Both the position numbers and the translations under genes were made by a program. Below, piece by piece: positions 9,770 through 21,251 of a stretch of 64,000 nucleotides of DNA (the stretch's first letter is position 1; each line of letters starts with the position of its first letter). The notes under the pieces were generated by a model. That model made no database searches, was not told the origin of the DNA, and was given only the letters and a program-made list of their open reading frames with translations. Origin of the DNA: a virus (lineage: Duplodnaviria; Caudoviricetes); the IMG/VR virus record IMGVR_UViG_2551306228_000004, positions 32,001-96,000 of that record; one strand, written 5' to 3'.

Positions 9770-12700
9770 GATTTTAAGCATGTTATCTCTACTTGGATCA
9801 ACACTACCTGACTTGATAGCGTCTGAACGCTCTACCAGTTCTTCTAAATAGTATTTCTGAGCTTGCGTTAACTCGCTTTCCACCGCAATAATCTTAGCTT
9901 CAGGTACAGGTAAATCAAGCATATCTGAAGTCTGAATATCAGCTGTTTCCTTGTAAATTCGCATGAGTTCAGGAAGGTTGACAAATTTCTTGAACCGTTT
10001 CTTAGGTTGGTATTTATCTCCTGTCGGGGCTAGTTCCATAGAGTTTTCGATATTCCCAAAAGCCCCAACCCAGGAGTCAAAATTGGATACCTGGTATCGT
10101 TCCAAGACATCGGGTTGAATGTAATTCATCATAGTGAAAAGTTCACTAATGGAGTTTGAGACTGGTGTTCCTGTCGCAAAAACAACATTTCTATCGCCAT
10201 GCTCTGCCTGAACCTGTCTCACCTTCATTTCCATGTCTACGTTCTTTTTTGAAGTGGTATTGGTGATACCCGCGACATTCCCAAGTCCAGTGATTGGTCG
10301 GATATTCTTGAAGTGATGAGCCTCATCCACAAAAAGAAAATCAATGCCAAGGTTTTCAAATTCAATAAAGGTATCCCGCTCCAGTTTTTGGAGTTCTTCT
10401 AATTGGTGCTCTAGTCCCTTAATCGAACGCTCTGCTTCTTTCACCGTATAATCAGAGTCACTTCCTAGCTTGATTTCTCTGAGTTGTTCAAGTTTGTCAT
10501 TGATATAGGTGACCTGTTTTTCACGACTCATCGGTATCTTCTCAAATTGTGAATCTCCAATGACAATGGCATCATAGTCCCCTGTGATAATACGTGATAC
10601 AAACTGTTTGCGTTTAGCTTTGGCAAAATCTTTCTTGGTGGTCACATAGACTTTTTTGGTTGGGAAAAATTTCATGATTTCTTGACCAAACTGAGCAGTC
10701 AAACTAGAAGGAACCACATAGAGAGGTTTATGCACCATCCCTAATTCTTTCAACTTGAAACCAGCTCCAAGCATGGTCAAAGTTTTTCCAGACCCTACCT
10801 CGTGGGCTAGTAGAGCACGTTTTTCCTCGACAATTCGTTGAATGGCATTCTTTTGGTGAGGACGTAAGGAGATATTCTGAGCAAGTCCATCAATGGTTAA
10901 ATGACTACCATCATAGGACTTTGATACCGTACGATTGTAGAGCCTATTATAGGTGTCTTCAATCAACTGTTGAACTTCTGGGTACCCTGCCACATAGTCT
11001 TGAAAGAGTTCTTGGAGGTGCGTTTCCTTGGCACGCAGGACTGTTGTTTTCTCTACATCCGTCACATTCTTTTTCTTATCCCCTTCGACAACTTGTTTTG
11101 TGATGGTTGGTTGATTGGAATTCAGGAGATTTTCAAAGATTTTTCGACCACTATCATAGCGTGAAGCAGGGACACCTAAACTCCTATCTGTTGCGTTGGA
11201 ATAGGTGTAGGCAAACTTAGATTGGTAAGTGATAACCCCGTCAATGGGACTGACCTCAAGGACTGTCGCTACTTCTTGGTCTGACAGTTCATAGGCTTTC
11301 CCCATAAAGGTTTCTTGGGCAAATTTTCCATAAACAGCCAGAGGAATCCAGCGTGAACCGATTCGATAATCAATGTCTGCTAAAGTAATGCGTGCTGGTT
11401 TGACTGTTTCTAGAAGTCCTGCATAATGCGGCCAGTTAAAGTCCTGATTGTCTTGTTTGACAAATAGGTCCACCACTTCTAACTTGGTAACGACATCCCC
11501 TGACAGAAAGTCTTGGCGAGAAACATAGGTCAATTCTCCATTCAAATACTTCTCAGGATCAGGCATAATGAGGTCGCCTAATTCCTCAATCAAGGTCATC
11601 TTCGATTCAACCTGATAGATAGACATCATATAATCGAAATCAACACCACGTCCGTCAGCCAAGCTCGAATTTAAGGCATCAAGGGCAGTATGTACCTTTT
11701 TAACCTCTTTTTCAGGACGCACTAAAGCCTTCTCAAAAGCAAGGGATTTAGTATAGATAACAGACTTTCCACTTGGATCCAGACGTTCATCTTCCAAACT
11801 AGCAAGAAGCGAATACTTATCATCACTATCAAAAAGATTGCGGTTCACTGCACTGTTCAAATACCCATAGTGTTTGACAAAGCTATCATAGGTACGATTG
11901 AGTTTGCCTAACAAGTGGTTAAAGGTCTCCTTATCGTAGTCATAATAGCGTTGAATGGCAATAACTTCTTGGTAGGCATTGCGAATATTGACCATTCCTT
12001 TGATTCGTGCCACTTCTTTATCAGACAATGGAGCTTCATAGAAAACTGTCTTTTTATAATATCCCTTAAACTGACCACGTTTTGCTGCATCATCGGTCAC
12101 ATAGACATCCAGAGCAGTGTTATCAGTCACTTCTAAGGCATTAAAGCGATCAATCTGCTTTTGAGAATGTTTGGTGTCCCATGCTTTGAAGTTGCCCTCT
12201 TCATCGACATAGTAACTGATTTCTTCCGTCTTGGTTCCGACTCGAATGCCTTTGTTATCTCGATAGTAAACTGTAGAACCCTGATAACCAAAACTGTACT
12301 GGCCTAGATTCTCCCTCATTTCAGCTGGAATGGAGGTATCAATGACTTGTTTGGTCAACACATCTGGGTTAATGATGACCTCATTTCTATCAATCTTTCT
12401 TGGGGCTTTTACGTGATGTAGAGCTGTTTCAACACTTGCAATCAAGTCATCACTAGTCCCCTTAACAGAAAGTGTTCCGCCATTAAAATTTCTGACCTCG
12501 TAGGTTCCTAGCACCTGGCTATTGTATTCTCCATCAAAGTAAGGATTGAGCCAAATGCGACTATCCATTTCATAACGAATGGAACCTGAAAAGGCTAAGT
12601 CGTCTGCCACATATTCCTTGTTCAGGTGTTTCTGGAAGAATAACATATCCGTTGTGACACTCGTTCCCGCAATGGCCTTAAAGGCAGAATCAGGCAGTCG

Positions 12701-15220
12701 AACCCCACCAAGAAATTCAGTTGTCTCACGAATATCTTGTAAGATGTTTTCTGTTCGCTTATCCATAGTTCCTGTGGAAGAGATAATCGCTACTTGTCCA
12801 CCATCATGGACCAAATCAAGTGACTTTTTGACAAAGTAGTCATGAATCATGTAAGGCCTATCGTACCTGTTATCCGCAATTCGTATATTGGCAAAGGGAA
12901 CATTTGAAATCACTAAATCAAAACTATTGTCGTTAAAAGCCACCGTCTCAAAGCCCTTAATTTCAATGTGACTATTTGGATGAAGGTGTTTGGCAATAGC
13001 TCCTGTAATAGTATCTAATTCCACACCATATAACTCACTCTTTTCTCTTAAGTGTTTGGGCATTGCTGCAAAAAAATTCCCTGTTCCCATGGAAGGATCT
13101 AGGATTTTGCCACCTGTAAAGCCATCTCTTTCCAACTTATCCCACATCTGACGGATAAGGGCAGGGTCTGTATAATAGGCTGTCAGAGAGGACTGTTTCA
13201 TATCCGAATACTCTTTATCTGTGACTAGGCTTTTCAGTTCTTCTCGTTCCTTAGAAAATTTTGGATTATAGTCATCAAAAAATTCATTGGCTAGTCCACC
13301 CCAGCCTACATACTTGGCAAGGAGTTCTTGTTCATTTTTACTTGCCTGACGGTGTCCCGTTTCAAGTGTTTTAACCAAACGAATGGCCGCGATGTTTGTC
13401 TCAACCTTATCTCTAGCAGTCTTAGGATAAAAGTCTATCATATCTTCTGGAAAATAAAAGTCCATTACTGGAATCGCTGGAATTGTTTCGACTACTACCT
13501 CTTCAGGAATTTGATTATCTGTTTCTTCAAGATCAGTATCGTTATGACCATTTTCTGAATCATCTAGTTCCAATAGTCCAATACTCTGAACTGGCTCCTC
13601 TTCCAGAAATGAGAATAGGTTTAATTCTTGGTCCGCTTCTTCTAACTCTGTTTGTGGTTCTGCCTTTGGCTGATGAAGTGCCTGACTGACTTCTTCCCAG
13701 GTCCTCACATAAAGAACTGGATTTTGTTCAACGATATCCGAAAAATCATTGACTAACTCAATCCGAATCAAACCGTTCAATCGAGCATCGCTGACCGACA
13801 TGACCTCAAAGTCCTGTCCCTTATAGGAAACCAATGACCCCAGAGGATAAGTGTCCAATACTCTCTGAACCAGTGGATTTTCCGCTAACTCTTCATCAAC
13901 CACTACTTTCGACTCAGCTTTCTCTAGCTTGCTTTTCCAATCTCTGAGGGTTAAATCTGGCTGATTACCTTTATCTTTTTCAAATTGCTCCGCATCTTCT
14001 CTGCTGAGTTCTTCGTGTAAAAAGGCGTAGGCAACTTGTCGCAGCTCTTCAAGGGAAAGCTGGCTACCAAAGAAAAATTCAACCATTTCATGACTTAGTC
14101 CCATTTGGAGTAGTTCTGTCGCAAGGGCTAGTTGAGTTACCGAGGCTTTGGGATAACCACCTAATAAAGCAAGGTCCGCATTTTTTAAACGAAAACGACC
14201 TGCCGCATCCAATAAAATACCGACTTGGTCTGATTCAAACTGAGATAGCTCAATCCCTAGCTGAGTCAATTTTTCTTGATTTTCTATCCTAATAGCTCGT
14301 CCAATTTTTTCTAATTCCTTTTCTTCGACTCTAGTCAGCGTTCGTTTCAGCTCATAGGGACTACCATCAGCCTCTAGATAGGTAAGTAACTCCTCGCCCT
14401 CAAAGATTGGTGTCATTTCCATCTCAGTATCAAAATCACCTCGTCTAAAACTTGCGACTTTGGAACGTTCATTTCGAATTTGGTCAAAATATGTTAGAAT
14501 CTCAAATTTACGTCGTAAAGATAACTCTTCATAAGCTGGCAGATGACTGGTTTTTCCTGTTTGAACATCTAGTTGAGACAAATCTACATCCAAACTAGCA
14601 ATGATGAGAGAGCCATCTTCTCTAAATGATATTACTTGATTACTACTCACTTTGTGCTCATCAACAGTTTCTTCATTTTCTAGAACTGTTTCATCAACTC
14701 CTGTTTCAAGCTCAGGCTCGTAAGTCAATAGAAACTGCTCAATATCTCGGCTGATTCGATCCGCTAAATTATTAGCCACACGATAAACATTGACCAAATT
14801 AGCTCCCCTACTCTTTTGTAATAGAGAATCTGGTGAAATAGTTTGGTAGTGTCCATTTGAGTCTAATAGTTGAAAACGAGTGGCCAGATTGAACAAGGCC
14901 ACTTCAATCACCAAGTCTTTTTCAGACGGCGATAGTTTGTCGAGTTTTTGGAGACCAGTTTGGCCGAAAACTTGTGTATAGGTCAATAGATCATGAGCAG
15001 TATCATAAGGACTAGCCTGGACAAAAGCTGAAACATCTGTCTCAAAGTGAAGTACCTGAACAGATCTTTTGATTCCCTGCCTATTGGTCAAAAACTGACG
15101 AATAAGACTATCCCACTCCTCATCAAAATGCTCTGCTTGGTAATATAAAAATTCCTCAAGCAGGGCTCTATCACGAGGAATGGTGGCTCTCATCATTTGT
15201 AGTAAGACTTCTTGATTCAT
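9770..15220 (-). CDS. SNF2 helicase/N6-adenine methylase fusion, exon 1 (spliced product 2274 aa)
   Basis: LDPSMGTG and NVPF methylase motifs; HEVGSGKT Walker A; DEAH; start MNQEVLL. Confidence 0.92.
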
Positions 15221-15236
15221 TTTCCCTCCCATTTTA

Positions 15237-15265
15237 AAAGGGCTGAGAGTTTTTCTCAGCCCTTT
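15237..15265. terminator. Hairpin/terminator just upstream of the SNF2 gene
   Basis: AAAGGGCTGAGA / TCTCAGCCCTTT perfect 12-bp inverted repeat. Confidence 0.65.
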
Positions 15266-15268
15266 GCG

Positions 15269-15823
15269 TTAATCTAGGACCAAGGCTCGTTGGTCTCTTT
15301 CTTGTGGAATACCTTCCATTACAGTTGCCACATAGTGTTGTAAGAAATGACTTTTCTGGTCTAGTAAATCTTTTTGCAAGGCAAGGTGAACCAAATCTCC
15401 AAAATAATCCTGACTGGAAATAGCCAAGTCCTGTTGAATCATGGCCTGTAAGGTTTCAAGGCTAAGTGGTGAATAATCGTCACTATCCAAAACCTCATAC
15501 TGTTCCAAGGTGTCTGAGAGACTATTGGAGGACATTAAATCCATAATAAAACTAGAGCCTTCACCTGTTCGGTACAGCTTTTCCAGAATATCAGTCATAT
15601 CAGCTTTTACTTCATCCTGATAACTATCAACTTTAACTCGTAGCTCATCACTAATCAAGGATAGGTCATCCTCATCCATATAATCTTGATAAACCTGATT
15701 GAGGATTGTTCTATCAGAAATACTTAATTCCAAAGAGAGAAAGGCTTTGATAAACTCTTGGTAATTAACCTTCTCCATTTCAGACAAAGCCTCTTTTATG
15801 GTGTCAAAGTTCCAAGCCATCAC
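15269..15823 (-). CDS. Conserved ICE hypothetical protein
   Basis: 184-aa acidic ORF in the adhesin-SNF2 gene run. Confidence 0.75.
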   Translation of the reverse strand: MMAWNFDTIKEALSEMEKVNYQEFIKAFLSLELSISDRTILNQVYQDYMDEDDLSLISDELRVKVDSYQDEVKADMTDILEKLYRTGEGSSFIMDLMSSNSLSDTLEQYEVLDSDDYSPLSLETLQAMIQQDLAISSQDYFGDLVHLALQKDLLDQKSHFLQHYVATVMEGIPQERDQRALVLD

Positions 15824-15995
15824 ACAACTCCTTTTGTGGGACTAGTGGTGAATGTCCAGATTGTAGCTCTTCTAAATCAGCTTGACCATCACCATCTGTG
15901 TCAACAGACTGCGGATTGGTTCCCAAAGCTAGTTCCTGAGCATCTGTCAGACCATCCAGGTCTGAATCCTTTTCATAAATGCTTTTTGGATTCAT
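15804..15995 (-). CDS. Small calcium-binding protein (TSP3-like repeats)
   Basis: DSDLDGLTD and DTDGDGQAD repeats. Confidence 0.8.
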   Translation of the reverse strand: MNPKSIYEKDSDLDGLTDAQELALGTNPQSVDTDGDGQADLEELQSGHSPLVPQKELCDGLEL

Positions 15996-18900
15996 CTACT
16001 TCTCCTCCTTTCTCTTCAGTCCATAAGCCGTACCAAGTAGAATACCAGCTCCAATTAAGCCCAAAAGGGATTCCTGTTCCCCTGTATTTGGCAAAATGCT
16101 TGCTGGAACAGGTGGTTCAAGAGACTCAATCGGTGGTTGAGGTGGAGTGGGTTGATTTGGACTTGGTTCTTCAGGTTGAGGTGTATGTGTTACAACTGTA
16201 TTTGAACTGATGACATAGCCATTCACTGTATGGAGATAGGTATTCTCCACCTGACCAGCCGCAATCCGTTTCATTTGAAGGTAAACATCTGCCTGAAAGG
16301 CTGAATCATCAGAGACAGTCTCTAAGAAGGATTTATCAAATGAAATTGACACTAGGCCATTTTCTGTATCCACTTGTTGCAAGGTATATTTCGTAACCTC
16401 CGTTCCTTCTTTTAAGACAGAACCGTCTTTGAGGATGACATCCGTCATCAGATAGCTGCGATAAACACCATTATACTCATCATGCTTTTCATCATAGTTA
16501 TCTTCAAAACCATATTCAAATAAATCAGTCGCACGATTGCTTGGAATCATCGCTCCAACCAAGCGATAGTTAAAGGTTTGATGCAAGGCCACTTCTTTCC
16601 CGTCAAGGCTCTCATCCTTATGAGACAAGTCAATCACCACATCTTTTTGTGGGTCTAGTTTGGGAACATTATTGACCACTGTTTCCGTGACATAGGCCAA
16701 GCCAAAATCAATCTGATAGGCTGTATTTTCATACTGACCACCTGTTTTGGTCAACTCATTTTTTACCGTCATCGGAAGCGTGACAACTAAGGTTTGACCA
16801 GTCTTCACATAGGTCTCATAAAAGGCTTTTGGATCATCGCTACTAAGAACTTGAATGGCTCCTTTAGGTGTAAACTGACGTTTAGCCATGGCATCTTGGA
16901 CGACTTTCGGAGCTTCTGACAAACTAGCGTATGTGCTGACAGAGATACCAGATACACGATTGCCATCCTTATCCAAAACTTGAATGCCATCAGGATTTAG
17001 GGTAAGGGCTTCTTCTGGGTAATCGTCTACCATGTAAAATCCCTTGGCAAGAACATCATCCGTCACGACCATGTCCTTGTATTGACTGTAATCCAAAACA
17101 ATTTTGTAATAATTGACTGTATTCGGAAGGGCAGTCTTTCCATCGATTAAAATGCCTTCTTGATTAGTATTAGACTTATGTGGAGTTACTTTTGGAACAT
17201 AATTGGTTACCGTATTGGTTTCATAGGCCTGTCCAAAATCTACTTGGTAGGCCACGTTGTCATAAGACTTCCCTGAATTAAGCATGGAGTCCAAAACAGT
17301 CATCGGAGTAACAATGGTAATGTTCTCACCCTTGGTCACATAGTTTTCATAGAAGGCTTGTGGATCTTCAGGCATAAAGACTTGGAAAGCACCTTTGGGC
17401 TGAATGTTCCGTTTAGAAAAGGCTTCTTGTAGCGTTTTAGGAGCTTCTGACAGATGAGAATAGGATTTCACAGTGATTCCTGAAGCTGGCTTGCCTTCAG
17501 ATGTGACAAACTGAACAGCTGTTTCATCTGGTAAAAGGGCTTCTTCTGGATAATCATCCACAAAGTAAAAACCTTGTGCAATCTGAGAGCTGTCTGCTTT
17601 AATGCCTCTGTATTGGTCCAAATCCCATGAAAGAGTATAGTAATTTTGAGTTCCCACAAGCATGGGCTTCCCATTGATATCCACTTTGTCTTTATTGAGG
17701 TTTTGTTTCTTTGGTTCTGGAGAAACAAGGGTGTTGGTCACTTCTTTGGTTTCATAACCATTTCCAAAATCAACTTGATAAGCCTTGTTTGTATAGGTCT
17801 TATTTTGACCATAGAGACTATCTTTCACCGTCATTTTGGTCAAAAGAGCTAAAGAAGTTCCTGTTTGAACATACTGGTCATAAAAGGCTTGGTTGTCATC
17901 CGGCAAAAAGACTTGAAAGGCACCTGTTGGTGTAATCTTAGCACGAGCTAATTTATCTTGAAGGTCTTTAGGAGCTTCATTTAGGGAAGCATAGTTTTTA
18001 ACCGTTATTCCTGATACATTCTGACCGTCAAGGGTTGTAACAGCCGTGCCATTTTCCACCACATCGAGCACTTCCTCTAGGTAATCGTCCACAAAGAAGA
18101 AGCCTCGTGCAATTGTCTCTTTAGCAGAACGATCTCCCTTATACTGGTCCAAATCCCAATTCAATCGGTAGTGGTTGGTCGTACCAAGGGCTACGACTGT
18201 ATCGTTAATGAGGACACCATCCGCATTTTCATTGTTCTTGTCAGGTGTAATAAGTGTAGTTGTCTCCCCATCACCTGGTGTACGAACCGTTACAACATTT
18301 GAAGTGACTGTGTAAGCATTGGTTGTGCCCTTGTTCAAAAGGAGTTGGTAGCTATTATAATAGGTTGCCCCATCATTTTGAACAGTTCCATAGAGTTTTG
18401 GAGCGGTCAGTTGATAAACCTTGGTTAAATCTTTATTTACCTCCTGCAACAAGTTTTCCTTTGCGGTTAAGGTCACAAAATTCTTAGTCTCATCAAAGCT
18501 AAGGACATAGTTTCCATTTTCTTTTTGTGTTGTTTCCTTATCAAATAGGTAACCAGCAGGTAAGTAGTCCTCAAAAATGAGACTAGTCGTTTGAGCACGA
18601 TTGGACGATAAGGCATCAACTGTTAAGGGATAAATCACCGTTGAATCTTTTGCGACAGTTTTCTCATGAAGATTAGCTTGGTCACTGTTGACCACTTCTT
18701 TCATGATCTCTGGAGTAGTCGTCAAACGGTACGCATGATAATGGACAGTGGGTACTTGTGGTGGCGTTGGAAGTTCTTTTGGAATAGGTCTGACAGGTAA
18801 GGTTACCTTAGTCAAGGTCAGATTAGGCTGCACTACTTCATCCAAAGGCTTTGGCGTGAAGGTCACAGGCTTTTCTGGTGTAAAAGTTTTTGGAATATAG

Positions 18901-20891
18901 ATATCTGGTGTTACCGTAATAGGTTCTGGAATGGGTTCAAGTTCCACCGTTACATGAGGTTTGGGACTATATGGTGTTACTGTACGTGCCACTGGTAGGG
19001 TATTTAAGGCAAACCAGTAAGACAATCCAACATTCTGTGGCATATCGCCTTGGCCAAAGGTTACTGTGTAGGTATTTCCTGATGTAACTGTTGAGACAAT
19101 TGCTCCTTTATAAGCATAACGACTTGATGTGGTATCCCATTCCTCAGGTAAATTCAAATCACTTGCACGGTTTGAACCCAACGAACGGGCCAGACCTTCA
19201 TTAGTCACTTGAACGGTTGAGCCATTAATCGGCACAAATTTCCCAGATGAATCTTTAACATATTCTAGACCAATGTCATTATGATTGAGGGAAGAGTGTG
19301 TGAAGACTCCTGGCTTTTCTTTGGAGAAGGTAACTTGTGAACCGTCTTCCAAGAAATACTTGGCAACTACACGAAACTCCATCTTGTCTGTTCGCCAATC
19401 ACCGTTTCCGTCATTTCGATAGGCAATGAAGCCTTCGGTAGGATCATTTGGCACAACCAATTTCACGGCATCGGTTCCAGCTGGTGATACAAGGTTGGTA
19501 ATATCGTAAGTCACTCGACTAATCTTTTTACCATCAAATCGTGCATTTTGAAGATTTTGATAGTTAAAACTAAGTGTATCACCTGTTTTGAAGCTATCAT
19601 AGACAAAGAATCCTGTGGAATCTAAAATTCTTGAGTAGCCACCCAGCAAAGTATCACCAGTTGAAATGATCTGATCAGGATTTCGGGTAATGGCACCATG
19701 TTGTGCTTGTGGCTCACCGTTATTGAGATTGAGGGCTTGAGCAAGGGCTTCAGAAATATAACCTTCTTCACCTTTTGAAATCTCGGCCAAATCACGTTGA
19801 TAGCGTTCCAATTCTTTGGCATTATAGGCATCGATCGCTTCATTCTCTTTTCTGGCTGTGGCTTCTTTTTCTTGATTTCGTTTAGTAATGGCTTCAATCT
19901 CAGCTGCACGATCTGAAACTATTTGTTGTTTCTCCTGATTATCTTGATCTACTGCGGCTTGACCTGTACGGTTTTCAGCATCAACAGCTGCTTGACCAGC
20001 CTGATTACGCCTTTCAATGGCTTCATTATCTGCCTTTGCCTTAGCAAGTCCAGCTTCATTTTCTTTTTGAATGGCCTGGTTTTTCGCAACAATATCATCT
20101 GCCTTGGCTTTCTTTATTAGATAATCCGCTACAGCTTGTTCGTTAGTTGATTGAATGGTTTCAACAGCCTTGCCATAGTTTGTATAGTCAAGTACAGATG
20201 TCCCATTTCCTGATGAAACTACTTGTTCTTTTACTGTCACATCAGCATCTGCATACCGAGTTTTTAGGTCATTGACTTTAGTATCAACCCAAGTATTTGT
20301 CTCTTTACCAGTTTGGTTGGCCCCCTCGTAGGCCTGTGACAGCTCCTTATTTTCCTGTTCGATGCGAGCTTTATTCGATTCGTATGTCGCTTTATCAGCA
20401 TTGTAGGTTTCAGTAACTTCATTGATAGCCTCAACTTGGTTTTGGGCATCTTCTTCTGCTTTTGAAATTTGTTGGTTGGTTTCTGCCGCAGAAGTTGTAT
20501 TTCCTAAATCCATTGGACTATCTTCAACCGTAGAAACACCTTCAGCCTTTGCTTCTTCAACTGCTTGTGTTACCGTATCATGTGGTACGGTGACAGCAAT
20601 CGCTCCATTAGATTGTCCAGTTAACGCTAAACTTTCAGTTTGTTCAGATACAGGGTTTGGTTGTGTTTCTGGTAAATTCGTGGCTGGATTTTCCGTTCGT
20701 TGAATGGCGGTGTCAACTGATGATGTGACTTCATCAGCATGTGCAACCGTGCCTCCCCAAGCAACAACGGCAGTCACCATCGTTCCAAGGGCAACCGAAC
20801 ATAGAGTACGGTATTTTTTACTCTTACGAAAGACGTGTTTCTCGCCTTTTTCCTGATTGACAAGAAAGTGATGATTACATGTTTTGGTCAT
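15996..20891 (-). CDS. Antigen I/II-family (agglutinin receptor, SspB-like) LPXTG surface adhesin
   Basis: Signal peptide, Ala-rich coiled coil, GbpC/V domain, Pro-rich linker, repeated isopeptide C domains (YxNxAYQVDFG), LPNTG anchor. Confidence 0.92.
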   Translation of the reverse strand: MTKTCNHHFLVNQEKGEKHVFRKSKKYRTLCSVALGTMVTAVVAWGGTVAHADEVTSSVDTAIQRTENPATNLPETQPNPVSEQTESLALTGQSNGAIAVTVPHDTVTQAVEEAKAEGVSTVEDSPMDLGNTTSAAETNQQISKAEEDAQNQVEAINEVTETYNADKATYESNKARIEQENKELSQAYEGANQTGKETNTWVDTKVNDLKTRYADADVTVKEQVVSSGNGTSVLDYTNYGKAVETIQSTNEQAVADYLIKKAKADDIVAKNQAIQKENEAGLAKAKADNEAIERRNQAGQAAVDAENRTGQAAVDQDNQEKQQIVSDRAAEIEAITKRNQEKEATARKENEAIDAYNAKELERYQRDLAEISKGEEGYISEALAQALNLNNGEPQAQHGAITRNPDQIISTGDTLLGGYSRILDSTGFFVYDSFKTGDTLSFNYQNLQNARFDGKKISRVTYDITNLVSPAGTDAVKLVVPNDPTEGFIAYRNDGNGDWRTDKMEFRVVAKYFLEDGSQVTFSKEKPGVFTHSSLNHNDIGLEYVKDSSGKFVPINGSTVQVTNEGLARSLGSNRASDLNLPEEWDTTSSRYAYKGAIVSTVTSGNTYTVTFGQGDMPQNVGLSYWFALNTLPVARTVTPYSPKPHVTVELEPIPEPITVTPDIYIPKTFTPEKPVTFTPKPLDEVVQPNLTLTKVTLPVRPIPKELPTPPQVPTVHYHAYRLTTTPEIMKEVVNSDQANLHEKTVAKDSTVIYPLTVDALSSNRAQTTSLIFEDYLPAGYLFDKETTQKENGNYVLSFDETKNFVTLTAKENLLQEVNKDLTKVYQLTAPKLYGTVQNDGATYYNSYQLLLNKGTTNAYTVTSNVVTVRTPGDGETTTLITPDKNNENADGVLINDTVVALGTTNHYRLNWDLDQYKGDRSAKETIARGFFFVDDYLEEVLDVVENGTAVTTLDGQNVSGITVKNYASLNEAPKDLQDKLARAKITPTGAFQVFLPDDNQAFYDQYVQTGTSLALLTKMTVKDSLYGQNKTYTNKAYQVDFGNGYETKEVTNTLVSPEPKKQNLNKDKVDINGKPMLVGTQNYYTLSWDLDQYRGIKADSSQIAQGFYFVDDYPEEALLPDETAVQFVTSEGKPASGITVKSYSHLSEAPKTLQEAFSKRNIQPKGAFQVFMPEDPQAFYENYVTKGENITIVTPMTVLDSMLNSGKSYDNVAYQVDFGQAYETNTVTNYVPKVTPHKSNTNQEGILIDGKTALPNTVNYYKIVLDYSQYKDMVVTDDVLAKGFYMVDDYPEEALTLNPDGIQVLDKDGNRVSGISVSTYASLSEAPKVVQDAMAKRQFTPKGAIQVLSSDDPKAFYETYVKTGQTLVVTLPMTVKNELTKTGGQYENTAYQIDFGLAYVTETVVNNVPKLDPQKDVVIDLSHKDESLDGKEVALHQTFNYRLVGAMIPSNRATDLFEYGFEDNYDEKHDEYNGVYRSYLMTDVILKDGSVLKEGTEVTKYTLQQVDTENGLVSISFDKSFLETVSDDSAFQADVYLQMKRIAAGQVENTYLHTVNGYVISSNTVVTHTPQPEEPSPNQPTPPQPPIESLEPPVPASILPNTGEQESLLGLIGAGILLGTAYGLKRKEEK

Positions 20892-20950
20892 AAATAGTCC
20901 TTCTTTTCTTTTTTATGTAGCAACAAACTGTCACTCTTTATTAGATACGA

Positions 20951-21040
20951 GGGCGTTAAACGAGCACGACAAAAATAGGAGTTTTGACGAAGAACTTTCC
21001 GTTCTAGGAGAAACTCTCTTTTTTGTACAGCTCGTAGCCC
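20951..21040 (-). other. Long imperfect hairpin (~90 nt) in the adhesin operon leader
   Basis: Nested pairings GGGC/GCCC, ACGAGC/GCTCGT, ACAAAAA/TTTTTGT, GAGTTT/AAACTC, AGAAC/GTTCT around a GGAAA loop. Confidence 0.65.
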
Positions 21041-21052
21041 AAGTTCAATACC

Positions 21053-21087
21053 ATCATAAAAAAGAAGGCTTGATTTTGTTATCACAA
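21053..21087 (-). promoter_or_regulatory. ICE promoter motif copy 2 (TTGTGATA-N7-CAAG-N10-TATGAT)
   Basis: ttgtgata acaaaat caag ccttcttttt tatgat, upstream of the adhesin gene. Confidence 0.6.
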
Positions 21088-21153
21088 TCAGTTCAGGGAA
21101 AAGAAAAAGCTATCGGAAGCACAACCGATAACCTCTGAAGAATACTTAAAAAT

Positions 21154-21216
21154 AAAAAAAGAGGAGGACTGACGCATCAGACCCTCCCAGACGTGACTAG
21201 CACGCCCCAATTCGAT
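21154..21216 (-). ncRNA. Candidate small structured RNA (possible antitoxin) downstream of the Abi_2/AbiF gene
   Basis: Own promoter at 21223-21251; two GC-rich hairpins (GGCGTG-ctagt-CACGTC and GGGAGG..CTGA-tgcg-TCAG..CCTCCT) then a T7 run; no ORF. Confidence 0.55.
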
Positions 21217-21222
21217 ACAACA

Positions 21223-21251
21223 ATAATACCATTAATTTCGTTTTTCGTCAA
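21223..21251 (-). promoter_or_regulatory. Sigma-70 promoter overlapping the abi stop codon
   Basis: TTGACG, 17 nt, TATTAT with an extended TG. Confidence 0.7.

Noticed and set aside
6001-15232. SNF2 gene as two separate genes or a pseudogene
   Set aside because: Intron removal restores one continuous frame; the track's VRC* ending and MRLID start are artefacts.
20884-21138. Short ORFs (65 aa minus, 84 aa plus) upstream of the adhesin
   Set aside because: No convincing RBS or recognisable protein features; they overlap the promoter motif and the long hairpin.
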